Source of the DNA: a virus
Lineage: Duplodnaviria; Caudoviricetes
Reading direction: 5' to 3' (one strand)
IMG/VR virus record: IMGVR_UViG_3300049144_000095
Coordinates: 187,160 to 251,159 of that record
DNA: 64,000 nucleotides
The translations under genes were made by a program, and so were the position numbers. Of the stretch, positions 54,692 through 63,217 are shown piece after piece. The notes below the pieces were generated by a model. That model saw nothing but the letters and a program-made list of their open reading frames with translations, made no database searches and was not told the DNA's origin. Positions within the stretch are counted from its first letter, which is position 1. The number at the start of each line of letters is the position of its first letter.

Positions 54692-55165
54692 ATGAACAGG
54701 TGCAAGAGTGTCGTCCTGTCCGCCACGCTCAGCGTCGCGTTCGCCGTCGGGGCGGCTACCAGCGCAAATGCCGCGCCGACCATACGAGATAAGGCGCTCA
54801 GCACGGCCGCTACCCAGAAGGGCGCCCGGTACGTCTACGGCGCTGCGGGCGGCTACAGCAAGGGCTACGACTGCTCGGGCCTGACGTCCTACGCGTACGG
54901 CAAGCACGGGAAGAAGATCCCCCGCACGGCTCAGGCTCAGTACAACCGATACACGCACATCTCGCCGAGCAACCGGCGCAAGGGTGACCTGATCTTCATC
55001 GGCACGTCGTCCAGCAACATCTACCACGTGGGCATCTACGCGGGCGTCAAGAACGGCTACGGCCTGATCCTGGACGCGCCCAAGCCGGGGCGCACGGTGG
55101 GCTTCCACCGGATCGTGAACTACACCGCAGGCTCACCCAAGGCCTACTACGCCCGGGTGAACTAG
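54692..55165 (+). CDS. secreted NlpC/P60 (C40) peptidoglycan peptidase
   Basis: Signal peptide ending ANA; YVYGA; YDCSGLTSYAY; IPRTAQAQY; GDLIF; HVGIY. Confidence 0.92.
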   Translation: MNRCKSVVLSATLSVAFAVGAATSANAAPTIRDKALSTAATQKGARYVYGAAGGYSKGYDCSGLTSYAYGKHGKKIPRTAQAQYNRYTHISPSNRRKGDLIFIGTSSSNIYHVGIYAGVKNGYGLILDAPKPGRTVGFHRIVNYTAGSPKAYYARVN

Positions 55166-55229
55166 TCGATTCACCTTGGATTCCAAGACGCCAGGGGCGC
55201 AGAGAGACCTTCGAAGGAAAGGGGGGGAC

Positions 55230-55472
55230 ATGGATACGCACGAGCGCAGCGCCGATGTCCCGGTGCAGGAGAAGATCGTCCAGACGGAGCTGATCATCCA
55301 GACGCGGCAGAAGGACACAGACCCGTGGTGCAGCCAGGGGAAGCCCTTCCCGGGCATCTTCCAAGCGGCGGCGCGGAGCTACCTTCGGCTGGTCAGGACG
55401 GGTTATCCGGGCCTGAAGAGCCGCATGATCGAGCGGTCCGTCATCCACCGCGACCGAGTCGTGGAGAGCTGA
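55230..55472 (+). CDS. hypothetical protein
   Basis: GGAAAGGGGGG RBS. Confidence 0.5.
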   Translation: MDTHERSADVPVQEKIVQTELIIQTRQKDTDPWCSQGKPFPGIFQAAARSYLRLVRTGYPGLKSRMIERSVIHRDRVVES

Positions 55473-55594
55473 CGGACGACGGGTCTGGACCACGTCGACC
55501 AAGTTGCCTGATTCACCCTGGAATCCAAGGCGAACGTGCATGGAATTAGCCTTGCTACCAGGGTGAACAGTCTAAATCGGAAAGGAAAGAAGGC

Positions 55595-55846
55595 ATGGAG
55601 CGCAGCCTCGACATTCCCGAGGGGGCTGAAATCACGGTGATCAGCAGGCGGATCGCCGTGCAGTCCCGGGCCGACGAGACCGAAGCATGGCGAGTCGAGA
55701 ACGACACCACCAACGCCACCTCGAAGGACGCTGTGGCCTGCGCCCGTCGGCTTGAGCGGATCTACCAGACCCAGGTCGACCCGAACCGTGAAACCCGCCT
55801 GGTCAGGCGCACTCACGCGGTGTTCGACGAAGTCCTGGAGGGCTGA
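55595..55846 (+). CDS. hypothetical protein
   Basis: GGAAAGGAAAGAAGG RBS; similar short beta-rich pattern to the 55230 gene. Confidence 0.55.
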   Translation: MERSLDIPEGAEITVISRRIAVQSRADETEAWRVENDTTNATSKDAVACARRLERIYQTQVDPNRETRLVRRTHAVFDEVLEG

Positions 55847-55847
55847 C

Positions 55848-56192
55848 ATGGGCGTCAAGTACGACGCCGGAGACCGGGTGTTCGACCCGGTCATGGCTCA
55901 CCTGCCCCCCCTGAAGGGGCAGGTCGGAGAGGGAACGCTACAGAAGATCACCTCCAGCCTGGTCGGTGGTCTACTGGCTCTGGGCTGGGGCAACGCCGAC
56001 GGGTGGGTGGGCATGTACGACACGGAACCCGCCGTCGTCGCAGCCTTCAAGGAGCACGGCGTCCGACTGAAGTGCATGTCAGAGAACGACGAGCATGGCG
56101 GCTGGTGCGAAGAGGAGCGCGGCCACTACCCCGAGACCCGGCACAGGGACGACGACGGCCGTACCTGGACCGAAGAAGAAGCAGTGCAGTAG
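55848..56192 (+). CDS. hypothetical protein with C-terminal C..C..H..H motif
   Basis: GGAGGG RBS; KC...WCEEERGH...H. Confidence 0.6.
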   Translation: MGVKYDAGDRVFDPVMAHLPPLKGQVGEGTLQKITSSLVGGLLALGWGNADGWVGMYDTEPAVVAAFKEHGVRLKCMSENDEHGGWCEEERGHYPETRHRDDDGRTWTEEEAVQ

Positions 56193-56202
56193 AGGAGGGG
56201 CA

Positions 56203-56406
56203 ATGGAAGACGAACTGTGCGGGGGCGTCGCAGGATGCGGCCACCCGAAGAAGGAGCACAGCAGGGTCGCGGGCGACTCCCGGACGGCCTGTGCTCACCA
56301 GCTCAGCAAGGGCGGGCGCAGCATCACGTGCTCCTGCCGTCGATTCAAGGCGGTTCGGTCCAGTTCGTCCATTTCGGGGCGCGCGGTGACGACAGCGCAT
56401 GGGTGA
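56203..56406 (+). CDS. small Cys/His-rich protein
   Basis: GAGGAGGGG RBS; CGHPKKEH..C..CSCRRF. Confidence 0.55.
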   Translation: MEDELCGGVAGCGHPKKEHSRVAGDSRTACAHQLSKGGRSITCSCRRFKAVRSSSSISGRAVTTAHG

Positions 56407-56647
56407 GCAGGCTCCCCCTCCGCAGCAGCGTCGCGTCAGAGGTCTCGCCTCCCTTCTGCTCGACCTGCACCGCTGTCAGCACGGTCGCCTGGAGGGGGAT
56501 CCCTGCGGCGGCTGTGACGGGACATCCACCGGGAACCGGCTCCTCCGGCCGGGCATGACGATCGGTCACACGCTGTACGGCGATGCGATCGTCATGCCCT
56601 CCTGGGAGAACCACAACGACCCGGCGGAATGGGTTCAGCAAGGATGA
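56399..56647 (+). CDS. small Cys/His-rich protein
   Basis: DLHRCQHGRLEGDPCGGC. Confidence 0.55.
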   Translation: MGEQAPPPQQRRVRGLASLLLDLHRCQHGRLEGDPCGGCDGTSTGNRLLRPGMTIGHTLYGDAIVMPSWENHNDPAEWVQQG

Positions 56648-56724
56648 TGGAATAGCTGGCCGTAAGGCCGGTAAAGGGCCCGCCGGAGCCTTTCTGGCGG
56701 GCCCTTCGGAAGGGAGAAGAGGGT

Positions 56725-58287
56725 ATGGAAACAAGGCACAAGAGGCCTGTCCCGCAGATGGCCGGGCTTCGTCAGTCTGTAGAGCTTCAGCACGCCAAGC
56801 GGGGCATGGGCCGTATGTTCCGCCGAGGCCTGCACGGCGCCAAGAACTGGATCCTGGAGCCGGACGATGAGGGCGGGCACCGGTCCTTCTGGGTCAAGGG
56901 GCTGAGATTTCTGGTGGTCATGACGCCCCTCTGGATCGCCCTGATGCCGTTCACCGGGGGGTCCGCGAGCGAGGGTCGGCAGATGACTGGCATGCAGGCC
57001 GTGTTCACTGTCGTCGTCTTCGCCCCTGCCTGTGCTGCGGTTCTTCTCGCCGTCTTCTCGGCTCGCGAGCGGCGGCTCGGGCGGGAGGAGCCCTGGTCGG
57101 ACCTGCCACCGTTGGTCACCGAAAGTAGTCAATCGGAGCCGGTCCCCGATGACGACACTGCGCCGGAAGCGCCTACCGCCCTCCTGGAGAAACCGCAGGT
57201 CAGCGAGATTGGTGCCGACGGCGACGAGGTGGTGCAGCAGAACATCACGGACACTCTCGGTAATTTGCCGCATATCGACCAGGGGTCGTTGCGCGGTCCG
57301 CTTCAGCAGGCCACTTCGGAGGAAGCGACAACCCTTGTCCTGCCTGCGGAAGAACACGGCCCAGAGGTGGTGCACCCGGCGATGCAGCAGGCCATCACGC
57401 TGGGTGCAAACCAGGAGGAAACGGAACGGACATCGGAGACAACCCCGGCACCCGTGCCGCCAGCCCCCGTGGAGGTGATGCAGACGGCCACTTCAGGGCC
57501 GTCCTTTCCGCAGGTCAAGGCCGAAGTAGAGGCGGTGCAAGGGGTCTCCGGGCAGGCCGCATCTGAGTGGGCAAAACTGGACACATCGGGTGACACGGAG
57601 AGTGACGAAGGGTTGATCCTCGACACGCCCACCGTTTCGCTGCATCCCGAGGTGCAGCCGGTGGTGCACGACCCGGGTCCTGCACCGGTATCCGCCCAGG
57701 TCAGCCTCAGCAAGGAGCCGTTGCAGCAACCGGTGCAAGGCGAGTTGCAGGTCCGTTTTGCCGCCCCGGGCCCATTCCCCGTGGGGGACGAACCGCTCGC
57801 CGAGGACTGGTTCCTGACGAAGCCTGACGTCGAGGAAGAGGCGGATCAGACCGGCGGCGACGCCGAGATGGATGCCGCCTCCAGGGACGGTGAACCGGCA
57901 CTCGACACCGGGGGCGCCCCGGCCGTCGAAGGGGCCGAGGTGGACGAGGCGGCCCCGGAAGCCGAGGCAGCCCCGGAAGCCGAGGCAGCCCCGGAAGCCG
58001 AGGCAGCCCCGGAAGCCGAGGCAGCCCCGGAAGCCGAGGCAGCCCCGGAGGGTGAACCGGCCATGCCTGGCGTCGTGATGCTCTACCTCGCCGTCCAGGC
58101 CAATCCTGCCGCGTTCGACCCGGAGGCACGCGAGAAGGCCCGTCAGAACGCGATGGGGTGGCTGCACGGAGAGATCGAGTCGGGGCGCCTCTCCCGGGCG
58201 CAGGCAGCCGTGATGTTCGGCGTGGACAAATCCACGGTCACCCGATGGATGAACAGGGATCCGTGGGCCGATGAAAGCGGCTCGTGA
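56725..58287 (+). CDS. two-TM protein with long acidic/Pro-rich linker and C-terminal HTH
   Basis: Two hydrophobic segments near the N-terminus; LSRAQAAVMFGVDKSTVTRW at the end. Confidence 0.75.
   Translation: METRHKRPVPQMAGLRQSVELQHAKRGMGRMFRRGLHGAKNWILEPDDEGGHRSFWVKGLRFLVVMTPLWIALMPFTGGSASEGRQMTGMQAVFTVVVFAPACAAVLLAVFSARERRLGREEPWSDLPPLVTESSQSEPVPDDDTAPEAPTALLEKPQVSEIGADGDEVVQQNITDTLGNLPHIDQGSLRGPLQQATSEEATTLVLPAEEHGPEVVHPAMQQAITLGANQEETERTSETTPAPVPPAPVEVMQTATSGPSFPQVKAEVEAVQGVSGQAASEWAKLDTSGDTESDEGLILDTPTVSLHPEVQPVVHDPGPAPVSAQVSLSKEPLQQPVQGELQVRFAAPGPFPVGDEPLAEDWFLTKPDVEEEADQTGGDAEMDAASRDGEPALDTGGAPAVEGAEVDEAAPEAEAAPEAEAAPEAEAAPEAEAAPEAEAAPEGEPAMPGVVMLYLAVQANPAAFDPEAREKARQNAMGWLHGEIESGRLSRAQAAVMFGVDKSTVTRWMNRDPWADESGS
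57946..58050 (+). repeat. 18-bp tandem repeat, about 6 copies, encoding (EAAPEA)n
   Basis: GAGGCAGCCCCGGAAGCC units at 57946, 57964, 57982, 58000, 58018, partial at 58036. Confidence 0.95.
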
Positions 58288-58388
58288 GTGCACCGCATCA
58301 CCGCAGAAAAAAGGGGCGTCGGATGGTTATCCGGCGCCCCTTTTGCGTACGCTGTGCCGGGATGCATCATGCGCAGAAAGGCGTAGAC

Positions 58389-58802
58389 ATGAGCGACGTA
58401 ACCTTCGACACCGCCACCCTCGGAAGCGAGGCCAGCAAGCTCCTGACGGTGCTGCTCAGTCACGCCCACAGTGACGGACGGGCGCAGGTGTCCACCGCCG
58501 GACTGCTGAAGGAGACCGGCCTGACGCAGGGCGCTCTCGTGCGCGCACGCAGTGAACTGACCCGGCATCGACTGCTCAACGTTGAGCGCGGGTACTCCGC
58601 GAACGGTTTGCGCGGGGCCAACGTGTACATCCTCAACCGCTACGCGCTCGGACTCAGCCTCGCGGGCTCTTCGGAAGACGGAACTGGTGCGCCTTCCCTG
58701 GAAGGCGCGACTGCGCCCGAGCGAACCACTTCCAGTGACGACATGGCCGAGCGAACGAGCATCTGGTCCCGCCTCTTCCGGCGGAACACCGCTTCCAGGT
58801 AG
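58389..58802 (+). CDS. winged-helix protein
   Basis: LGSEASKLLTVLL...VSTAGLLKETGLTQGALVRARSELTRHRLL..R...G....N.Y.L. Confidence 0.7.
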   Translation: MSDVTFDTATLGSEASKLLTVLLSHAHSDGRAQVSTAGLLKETGLTQGALVRARSELTRHRLLNVERGYSANGLRGANVYILNRYALGLSLAGSSEDGTGAPSLEGATAPERTTSSDDMAERTSIWSRLFRRNTASR

Positions 58803-58965
58803 CACGAACACCTTCCTGGCGGCCTGGAAGAATGGACTCGGGGATCGGTGGTTCGTCGGGTGAATCGGACGAACTCGGACAGAGTGGCGCCACATGTCCG
58901 GGCATCGTCTGCGAAAACGTCGAATCGGACAGAACGGAAACTGGAACGATCCCCGCCTGGTTCAG

Positions 58966-58994
58966 TTGACACGGCCTAGGCCATCTGGAAGAGT
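58966..58994 (+). promoter_or_regulatory. promoter with GGCCTAGGCC (58973-58982) in its spacer
   Basis: TTGACA-N17-AAGAGT. Confidence 0.6.
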
Positions 58995-59053
58995 CGTACG
59001 TATCGCCCCCGCAGGCACGAGGGGACGTCCTTCGGAAAGGGAGAAACGGGAAA

Positions 59054-60208
59054 ATGGCCGAGACGGAGAACGAGACGGTTCCGCAGAAGACGGAGAAGAC
59101 GAAGAAGCGCAAGAGGTTCAGTCTGCTGATCCTCCTCGCCGTGATCCTGTCGCTGGGGTCGCTCGTCTGGACGACCTACTCGCTCCTCGACTTCTTCCAG
59201 GACGGCGGCATCAACCCGGCGACATTCAACTGGAAGACCGTCAGCATCACCGGTCTCTCGGCGGCGGCCACGGCGGACATCGCATGGAGCCTGACGATGT
59301 TCGCCGACTACCAGGGTGTCCGGATCGTGAAGCGGTTCAAGTGGCGCGAGAAGCAGGCGACGGTGAACATCCTCCCCATCGTCAGTTGGGTCGAGGTGCT
59401 GTTCGTAGCAACACTGCTCCTCATTCACGGTCTGAACGTGGGGGGTGGCGAGGCGGCGTTCGCAGCGGTCCTGCCGGTCCTGACCCGGTTCTCCTGGATG
59501 GTGGCCCTGGCCGACCTGAAGGACCCCTCGGACCTTACGGACGAGGAGAAGGCGGAGATCGCCGAACTGGAGCGTGAGTCTCGGCGCATGAAGGCGCGGA
59601 TGGAGGCTACGGCCGCGAAGCATGAGGCCGAGCTGGAGGAGAAGCGCCGGAAGAACGCGGCCAAGCTGGAGGACAGGAAGGTCGAGAACGAGCTGGTGCT
59701 CCTCGACAACGAGACCGACTTCAAGCTGAAGGAACTGTCGATGCGGCAGGAGAACGAGCTGAAGGCGCTGGAAGCCACCTTGCGGGCCGAACTCCAGATG
59801 AAGGTGCTCGAAACCCGTGCGCAGGTCGAAGAGATGCGCGAGGAGCACGGCTGGAGCATGGGCATCCGCCGCCAGACGCAGCGCACGATCGTCGGCCACC
59901 TCGTTCCGCAGTACGGGCTGACGCAGGGAACCACCCTGGGGATCGAGACCGGCTCGCAGGACGACGTGACGTCGCCGTCCATCGACCTGGCAGCCCAGGG
60001 GCTGACCCCGCCTCAGCAGAGGCAGGCGGCCCTGGCTCTCGCCTGGTACCAGGTCGACGCCCAGTATGGCGGCGCGCTGACGAAGAAGGACTTCGTGGAG
60101 CAGAACAAGAGCCAGATCCCGGGGCTGTCGGCACCCCGCCTCAGCGAGGCGACGGGCAGCTTCCCGCGCGAGTGGTTCGCCGAGCGAGGTGTGGTGTTCC
60201 AGGGCTGA
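59054..60208 (+). CDS. SpdB-like multi-TM coiled-coil protein (plasmid spreading-type)
   Basis: Four hydrophobic segments, long charged coiled coil, short helical C-domain. Confidence 0.55.
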   Translation: MAETENETVPQKTEKTKKRKRFSLLILLAVILSLGSLVWTTYSLLDFFQDGGINPATFNWKTVSITGLSAAATADIAWSLTMFADYQGVRIVKRFKWREKQATVNILPIVSWVEVLFVATLLLIHGLNVGGGEAAFAAVLPVLTRFSWMVALADLKDPSDLTDEEKAEIAELERESRRMKARMEATAAKHEAELEEKRRKNAAKLEDRKVENELVLLDNETDFKLKELSMRQENELKALEATLRAELQMKVLETRAQVEEMREEHGWSMGIRRQTQRTIVGHLVPQYGLTQGTTLGIETGSQDDVTSPSIDLAAQGLTPPQQRQAALALAWYQVDAQYGGALTKKDFVEQNKSQIPGLSAPRLSEATGSFPREWFAERGVVFQG

Positions 60209-60219
60209 AAGGGCGCATG

Positions 60220-60262
60220 ACGAGAAGCCCCCGTTTTTTCAGGCGGGGGCTTCTCGTTTTTC
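60220..60262 (+). terminator. intrinsic terminator
   Basis: ACGAGAAGCCCCCG...CGGGGGCTTCTCGT-TTTTT. Confidence 0.85.
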
Positions 60263-60312
60263 AATTTGCTTGTATTCTAAATGTGTTGGTAATTACCGGG
60301 AAGGAGAAGATC

Positions 60313-60624
60313 ATGGCCTGGCGTCTTGAAGCTTCTGGCGCACGGGGCGCCAATTTGATCGTCATCGAACCGATCATGCCCAGTGACCCTGACTACATGT
60401 TGACTCACGTCCGCATCCGGGTGACACCCAAGGGTGGTCACGAGTTCCCTACGGTGCCGCTCTGGCCCCGGGGCACGCTCTACCGGGATCGCCTCGGATC
60501 CGAGTACACCATCATCAGGGGCATCGTCGAGGAGCGGGGCGGGGATGACGGAGAGTCCTCGATCTGGACGTACGACTACCTCGCCCTCTGGGGAGTTCAC
60601 GACTTGAGTGGACTTCAGGCGTAG
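60313..60624 (+). CDS. hypothetical protein
   Basis: AAGGAGAAG RBS after an AT-rich promoter-like stretch. Confidence 0.55.
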   Translation: MAWRLEASGARGANLIVIEPIMPSDPDYMLTHVRIRVTPKGGHEFPTVPLWPRGTLYRDRLGSEYTIIRGIVEERGGDDGESSIWTYDYLALWGVHDLSGLQA

Positions 60625-60692
60625 CATGTAGCCCGAAACGCGGAAAGGAAAAGGAACGTGAGGGTGAAAAAGGAAATGGCGGTGCTTTCGTC

Positions 60693-60905
60693 ATGATCGA
60701 GAAAGTCGTCTCCTGGGCCATCCAGAAAACAGTGGAAGAAGAGACGGGCGACAGCGTCACCACGGCGGCCCTGCTGGGGGCCGGACTGGACAGTGCAGCC
60801 TTCACTGCCATCGGCGTACCCGGCAAGGCGGCGGTCGCCGCCGGAGCCGTCACAGGGGCCGGGCTCCACGTCTGCAAAAAGATCCGGGAAGGGAAGAAGC
60901 AGTGA
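60693..60905 (+). CDS. small Gly/Ala-rich (glycine-zipper-like) protein
   Basis: AALLGAGLDSAAFTAIGVPGKAAVAAGAVTGAG; GTGA overlap. Confidence 0.5.
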   Translation: MIEKVVSWAIQKTVEEETGDSVTTAALLGAGLDSAAFTAIGVPGKAAVAAGAVTGAGLHVCKKIREGKKQ

Positions 60906-61366
60906 CCGACAGCATCAAGACCGACGACCCGAGACTGACCAGCCTGCTGGACCACATGCCGCCAGCCCTGCGCGCCGTCGTGATCGCGGTGGACAGCCTC
61001 CGTGAGAAGTGGGCGTCGTCCAGCGAGGAAGAGCGGCGAGAACTGTGGGGAGAGGTGGACCAGAAGATGGTCGCCGTCTACCTCTCGGCCGAGCCCTCCC
61101 TCATGGAGGCGCTGGCGGACGTCGTCTGCGAGCGCAGGCGACAGGACAAGAGGTGGGGCGAGCAGAACTACGGCGACTTCGAGGGAATCTCCATCCTCAC
61201 GGAGGAGGTGGGTGAAGCCGCCCAGGCCGCCAACGAAGCGAACTTCATCTCCAGTCCGACGCGCGGCGACTACTCCCGGCTCATCGAAGAGCTGATCCAG
61301 GTGGCCGCAGTAGCTGTGAACCACATCCAGATCATCCGCCGCCGCCGGGAGGGGGTGACCAAGTGA
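60902..61366 (+). CDS. MazG-like all-alpha NTP pyrophosphatase domain protein
   Basis: ERRRQDKRWGEQN; ILTEEVGEAAQA; EELIQVAAVAV. Confidence 0.8.
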   Translation: MTDSIKTDDPRLTSLLDHMPPALRAVVIAVDSLREKWASSSEEERRELWGEVDQKMVAVYLSAEPSLMEALADVVCERRRQDKRWGEQNYGDFEGISILTEEVGEAAQAANEANFISSPTRGDYSRLIEELIQVAAVAVNHIQIIRRRREGVTK

Positions 61367-62058
61367 CGACCGACTGGTGGTCATCTACGAAGCAGGGCGA
61401 GATCGACGTTCGCCCGTTGCCCACACCGCCGCCACCCTCTCACGCCGAACCGAGTCCTGCGATCACTCCGATCGTCGAGCCCGGCCCGGAAGTGCAGGCG
61501 CCGGAGAATGAGGAAGTGCAGCCTTCGGGCGTCAGCCGCACCCGGGCGATGAAGGTCGTCGGCCTCGTCGCGGGCGCCACCGTTGCAGGAGCCCTCATAG
61601 TCGGGGGCATGCACGACGGCGGTGAACAGAAGAAGCCGTCCATCACCTCGGCGGAACAGAGTGAGGAACTTCCCGCAGCGGGCGGGGGTCCGGAGGCCTC
61701 CCTTCCCAGCGGCGACGAGAAGGCGGTGCCTGGGGGTCAGGACCAGACCTCGGCTAGTGCGGCACCACGGGTCGTCACGCTGGCCGCTACACCCTCCGGC
61801 AGGGGACGCACGGGTGCCGTGATGAAGCTGACCGTTCACAACGGCACCGACAGTCCCGTCATCGTTCTTGCCAGCATGGTGAAGGGGGACGGCCACTCGG
61901 CCATCGTCGGCGAGGGAACCCTCGCCCCGGGGTCCCGTACGGTGCAGCCGGGCGAGACGGTCACTGGAACCGTGGAGTTCTCGACGGCCGCCGCTCCGCA
62001 CCAGGTGGCCTTACTGGACCTGTCGGGCAACGTGGTCGCCGCGAGCGACGAGAGCTGA
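61363..62058 (+). CDS. membrane-anchored protein with C-terminal Ig-like beta domain
   Basis: Pro-rich N-terminus, single TM, KLTVHNGT...TVQPGETVTGTVEF. Confidence 0.7.
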   Translation: MTTDWWSSTKQGEIDVRPLPTPPPPSHAEPSPAITPIVEPGPEVQAPENEEVQPSGVSRTRAMKVVGLVAGATVAGALIVGGMHDGGEQKKPSITSAEQSEELPAAGGGPEASLPSGDEKAVPGGQDQTSASAAPRVVTLAATPSGRGRTGAVMKLTVHNGTDSPVIVLASMVKGDGHSAIVGEGTLAPGSRTVQPGETVTGTVEFSTAAAPHQVALLDLSGNVVAASDES

Positions 62059-62079
62059 AGCGAACGAAAGGGGAGGGTG

Positions 62080-63084
62080 ATGGTCAAGCCGGTCCTGTCT
62101 CGACTGGAGCCGAGAGGGCGTGTGCAGCGCTACGGAGTCACCGGATTTGATCACCTGGTCGTCGAGGCTCAGTACTCCGACGAGGACTACCGGAAGCCTC
62201 AACTCCAGGACTGGGTCGTCATCGACACTCGGTTCGACCAGGCCTTCGACAAGTGGTCACGATGGTTCGTGTGGCTCGGGCCTGCCTTGTCTGACGTCCG
62301 GAACTGGGTCCGTGCGGGCGGGCCCAGCCTCTGGGACCCAGAGAAACGAAAGGCGGATAAGGACTGGTGGCCAGCGCCTGACGGCATGCGAGTGGGCGCG
62401 AGAACGCCCGGCCCTCGCAGAGAAGGTGGCGACGTGCCACTGAAGCGCCGCGACATCCGGCGGGCAGCCAACTACTGTGCCGCGATGATGCTCTATGCGG
62501 CAGGCGAGCAGGGCTTCGGCGTTTCTCAGGACGTGATCGACGATCTTGGTCTGAGTGACGAAGACGTGCAGCGCATCGAGGACGAAATAGATGCGATCCG
62601 TCAGGGACTGCTGGATCGAAGTCACCAAGGGGGGAAGCGTGGACCGGAGGACGGCGGCACGCGAGGCGAAGTTCCGGGCCGGGCTCATCCTGGAATCGGC
62701 CCTGGACAACGGATGGCAGGAGGAAGTCGAGGACCGCTACGGAGAGAAGGGGGCCTCGATGATCGCCGAGGAGATGTCGAAACTGGCCACTCGGCTCATC
62801 GAGAATTCCGGCCGGACGACGTAGCAGGCAAGAAGTATGCGGTGTGTCCCGCCTGGGTCACACCCGAGGACGGTGGCCGACGGCATGTCGGCTTCGCAGA
62901 CCTGGTCCAGTTGTACGGGGTGAACGAGTCGGAGTGCCTGCTCATTCCGGCAGACATACAGGATGACCGCCTGCCGTCCTACGTCGAGGATCTGGTCTGG
63001 CTGCACCCTCAGCCGTCCGAGGAGCGCTACCGCGACATGCGTGAGGAACTGGCTCGGGGGGCTGATGCGTTCAAGCTGACCTGA
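62080..63084 (+). CDS. mosaic ORF, probably several small genes read through in one frame
   Basis: Internal RBS+GTG at 62434; a separate phage-type KKYAVCP..LYGV..EC domain at the end; low-information linkers. Confidence 0.45.
   Translation: MVKPVLSRLEPRGRVQRYGVTGFDHLVVEAQYSDEDYRKPQLQDWVVIDTRFDQAFDKWSRWFVWLGPALSDVRNWVRAGGPSLWDPEKRKADKDWWPAPDGMRVGARTPGPRREGGDVPLKRRDIRRAANYCAAMMLYAAGEQGFGVSQDVIDDLGLSDEDVQRIEDEIDAIRQGLLDRSHQGGKRGPEDGGTRGEVPGRAHPGIGPGQRMAGGSRGPLRREGGLDDRRGDVETGHSAHREFRPDDVAGKKYAVCPAWVTPEDGGRRHVGFADLVQLYGVNESECLLIPADIQDDRLPSYVEDLVWLHPQPSEERYRDMREELARGADAFKLT
62639..62824 (+). CDS. small protein in the +1 frame inside the mosaic ORF
   Basis: GGGGAAG RBS + GTG; VDRRTAAREAKFRAGLILESAL...IAEEMSKLATRLIENS resembles the 62434 segment. 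Confidence 0.5.
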   Translation: MDRRTAAREAKFRAGLILESALDNGWQEEVEDRYGEKGASMIAEEMSKLATRLIENSGRTT

Positions 63085-63159
63085 TCCGGCGAGATCCCCT
63101 TCTAAGGCTGGCTGAAAAACGTCGAGACGCGCCATTCCTGTAGGACTAGCGTAAGCACC

Positions 63160-63196
63160 GTGAGCTAGTACGCGAAGTGTTCGTCTACTAGCTCAC
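63160..63196. promoter_or_regulatory. 11-bp inverted repeat upstream of the GntR gene (candidate operator)
   Basis: GTGAGCTAGTA-N15-TACTAGCTCAC. Confidence 0.55.
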
Positions 63197-63217
63197 CGGA
63201 GAGGGGGAAGAGACCAG

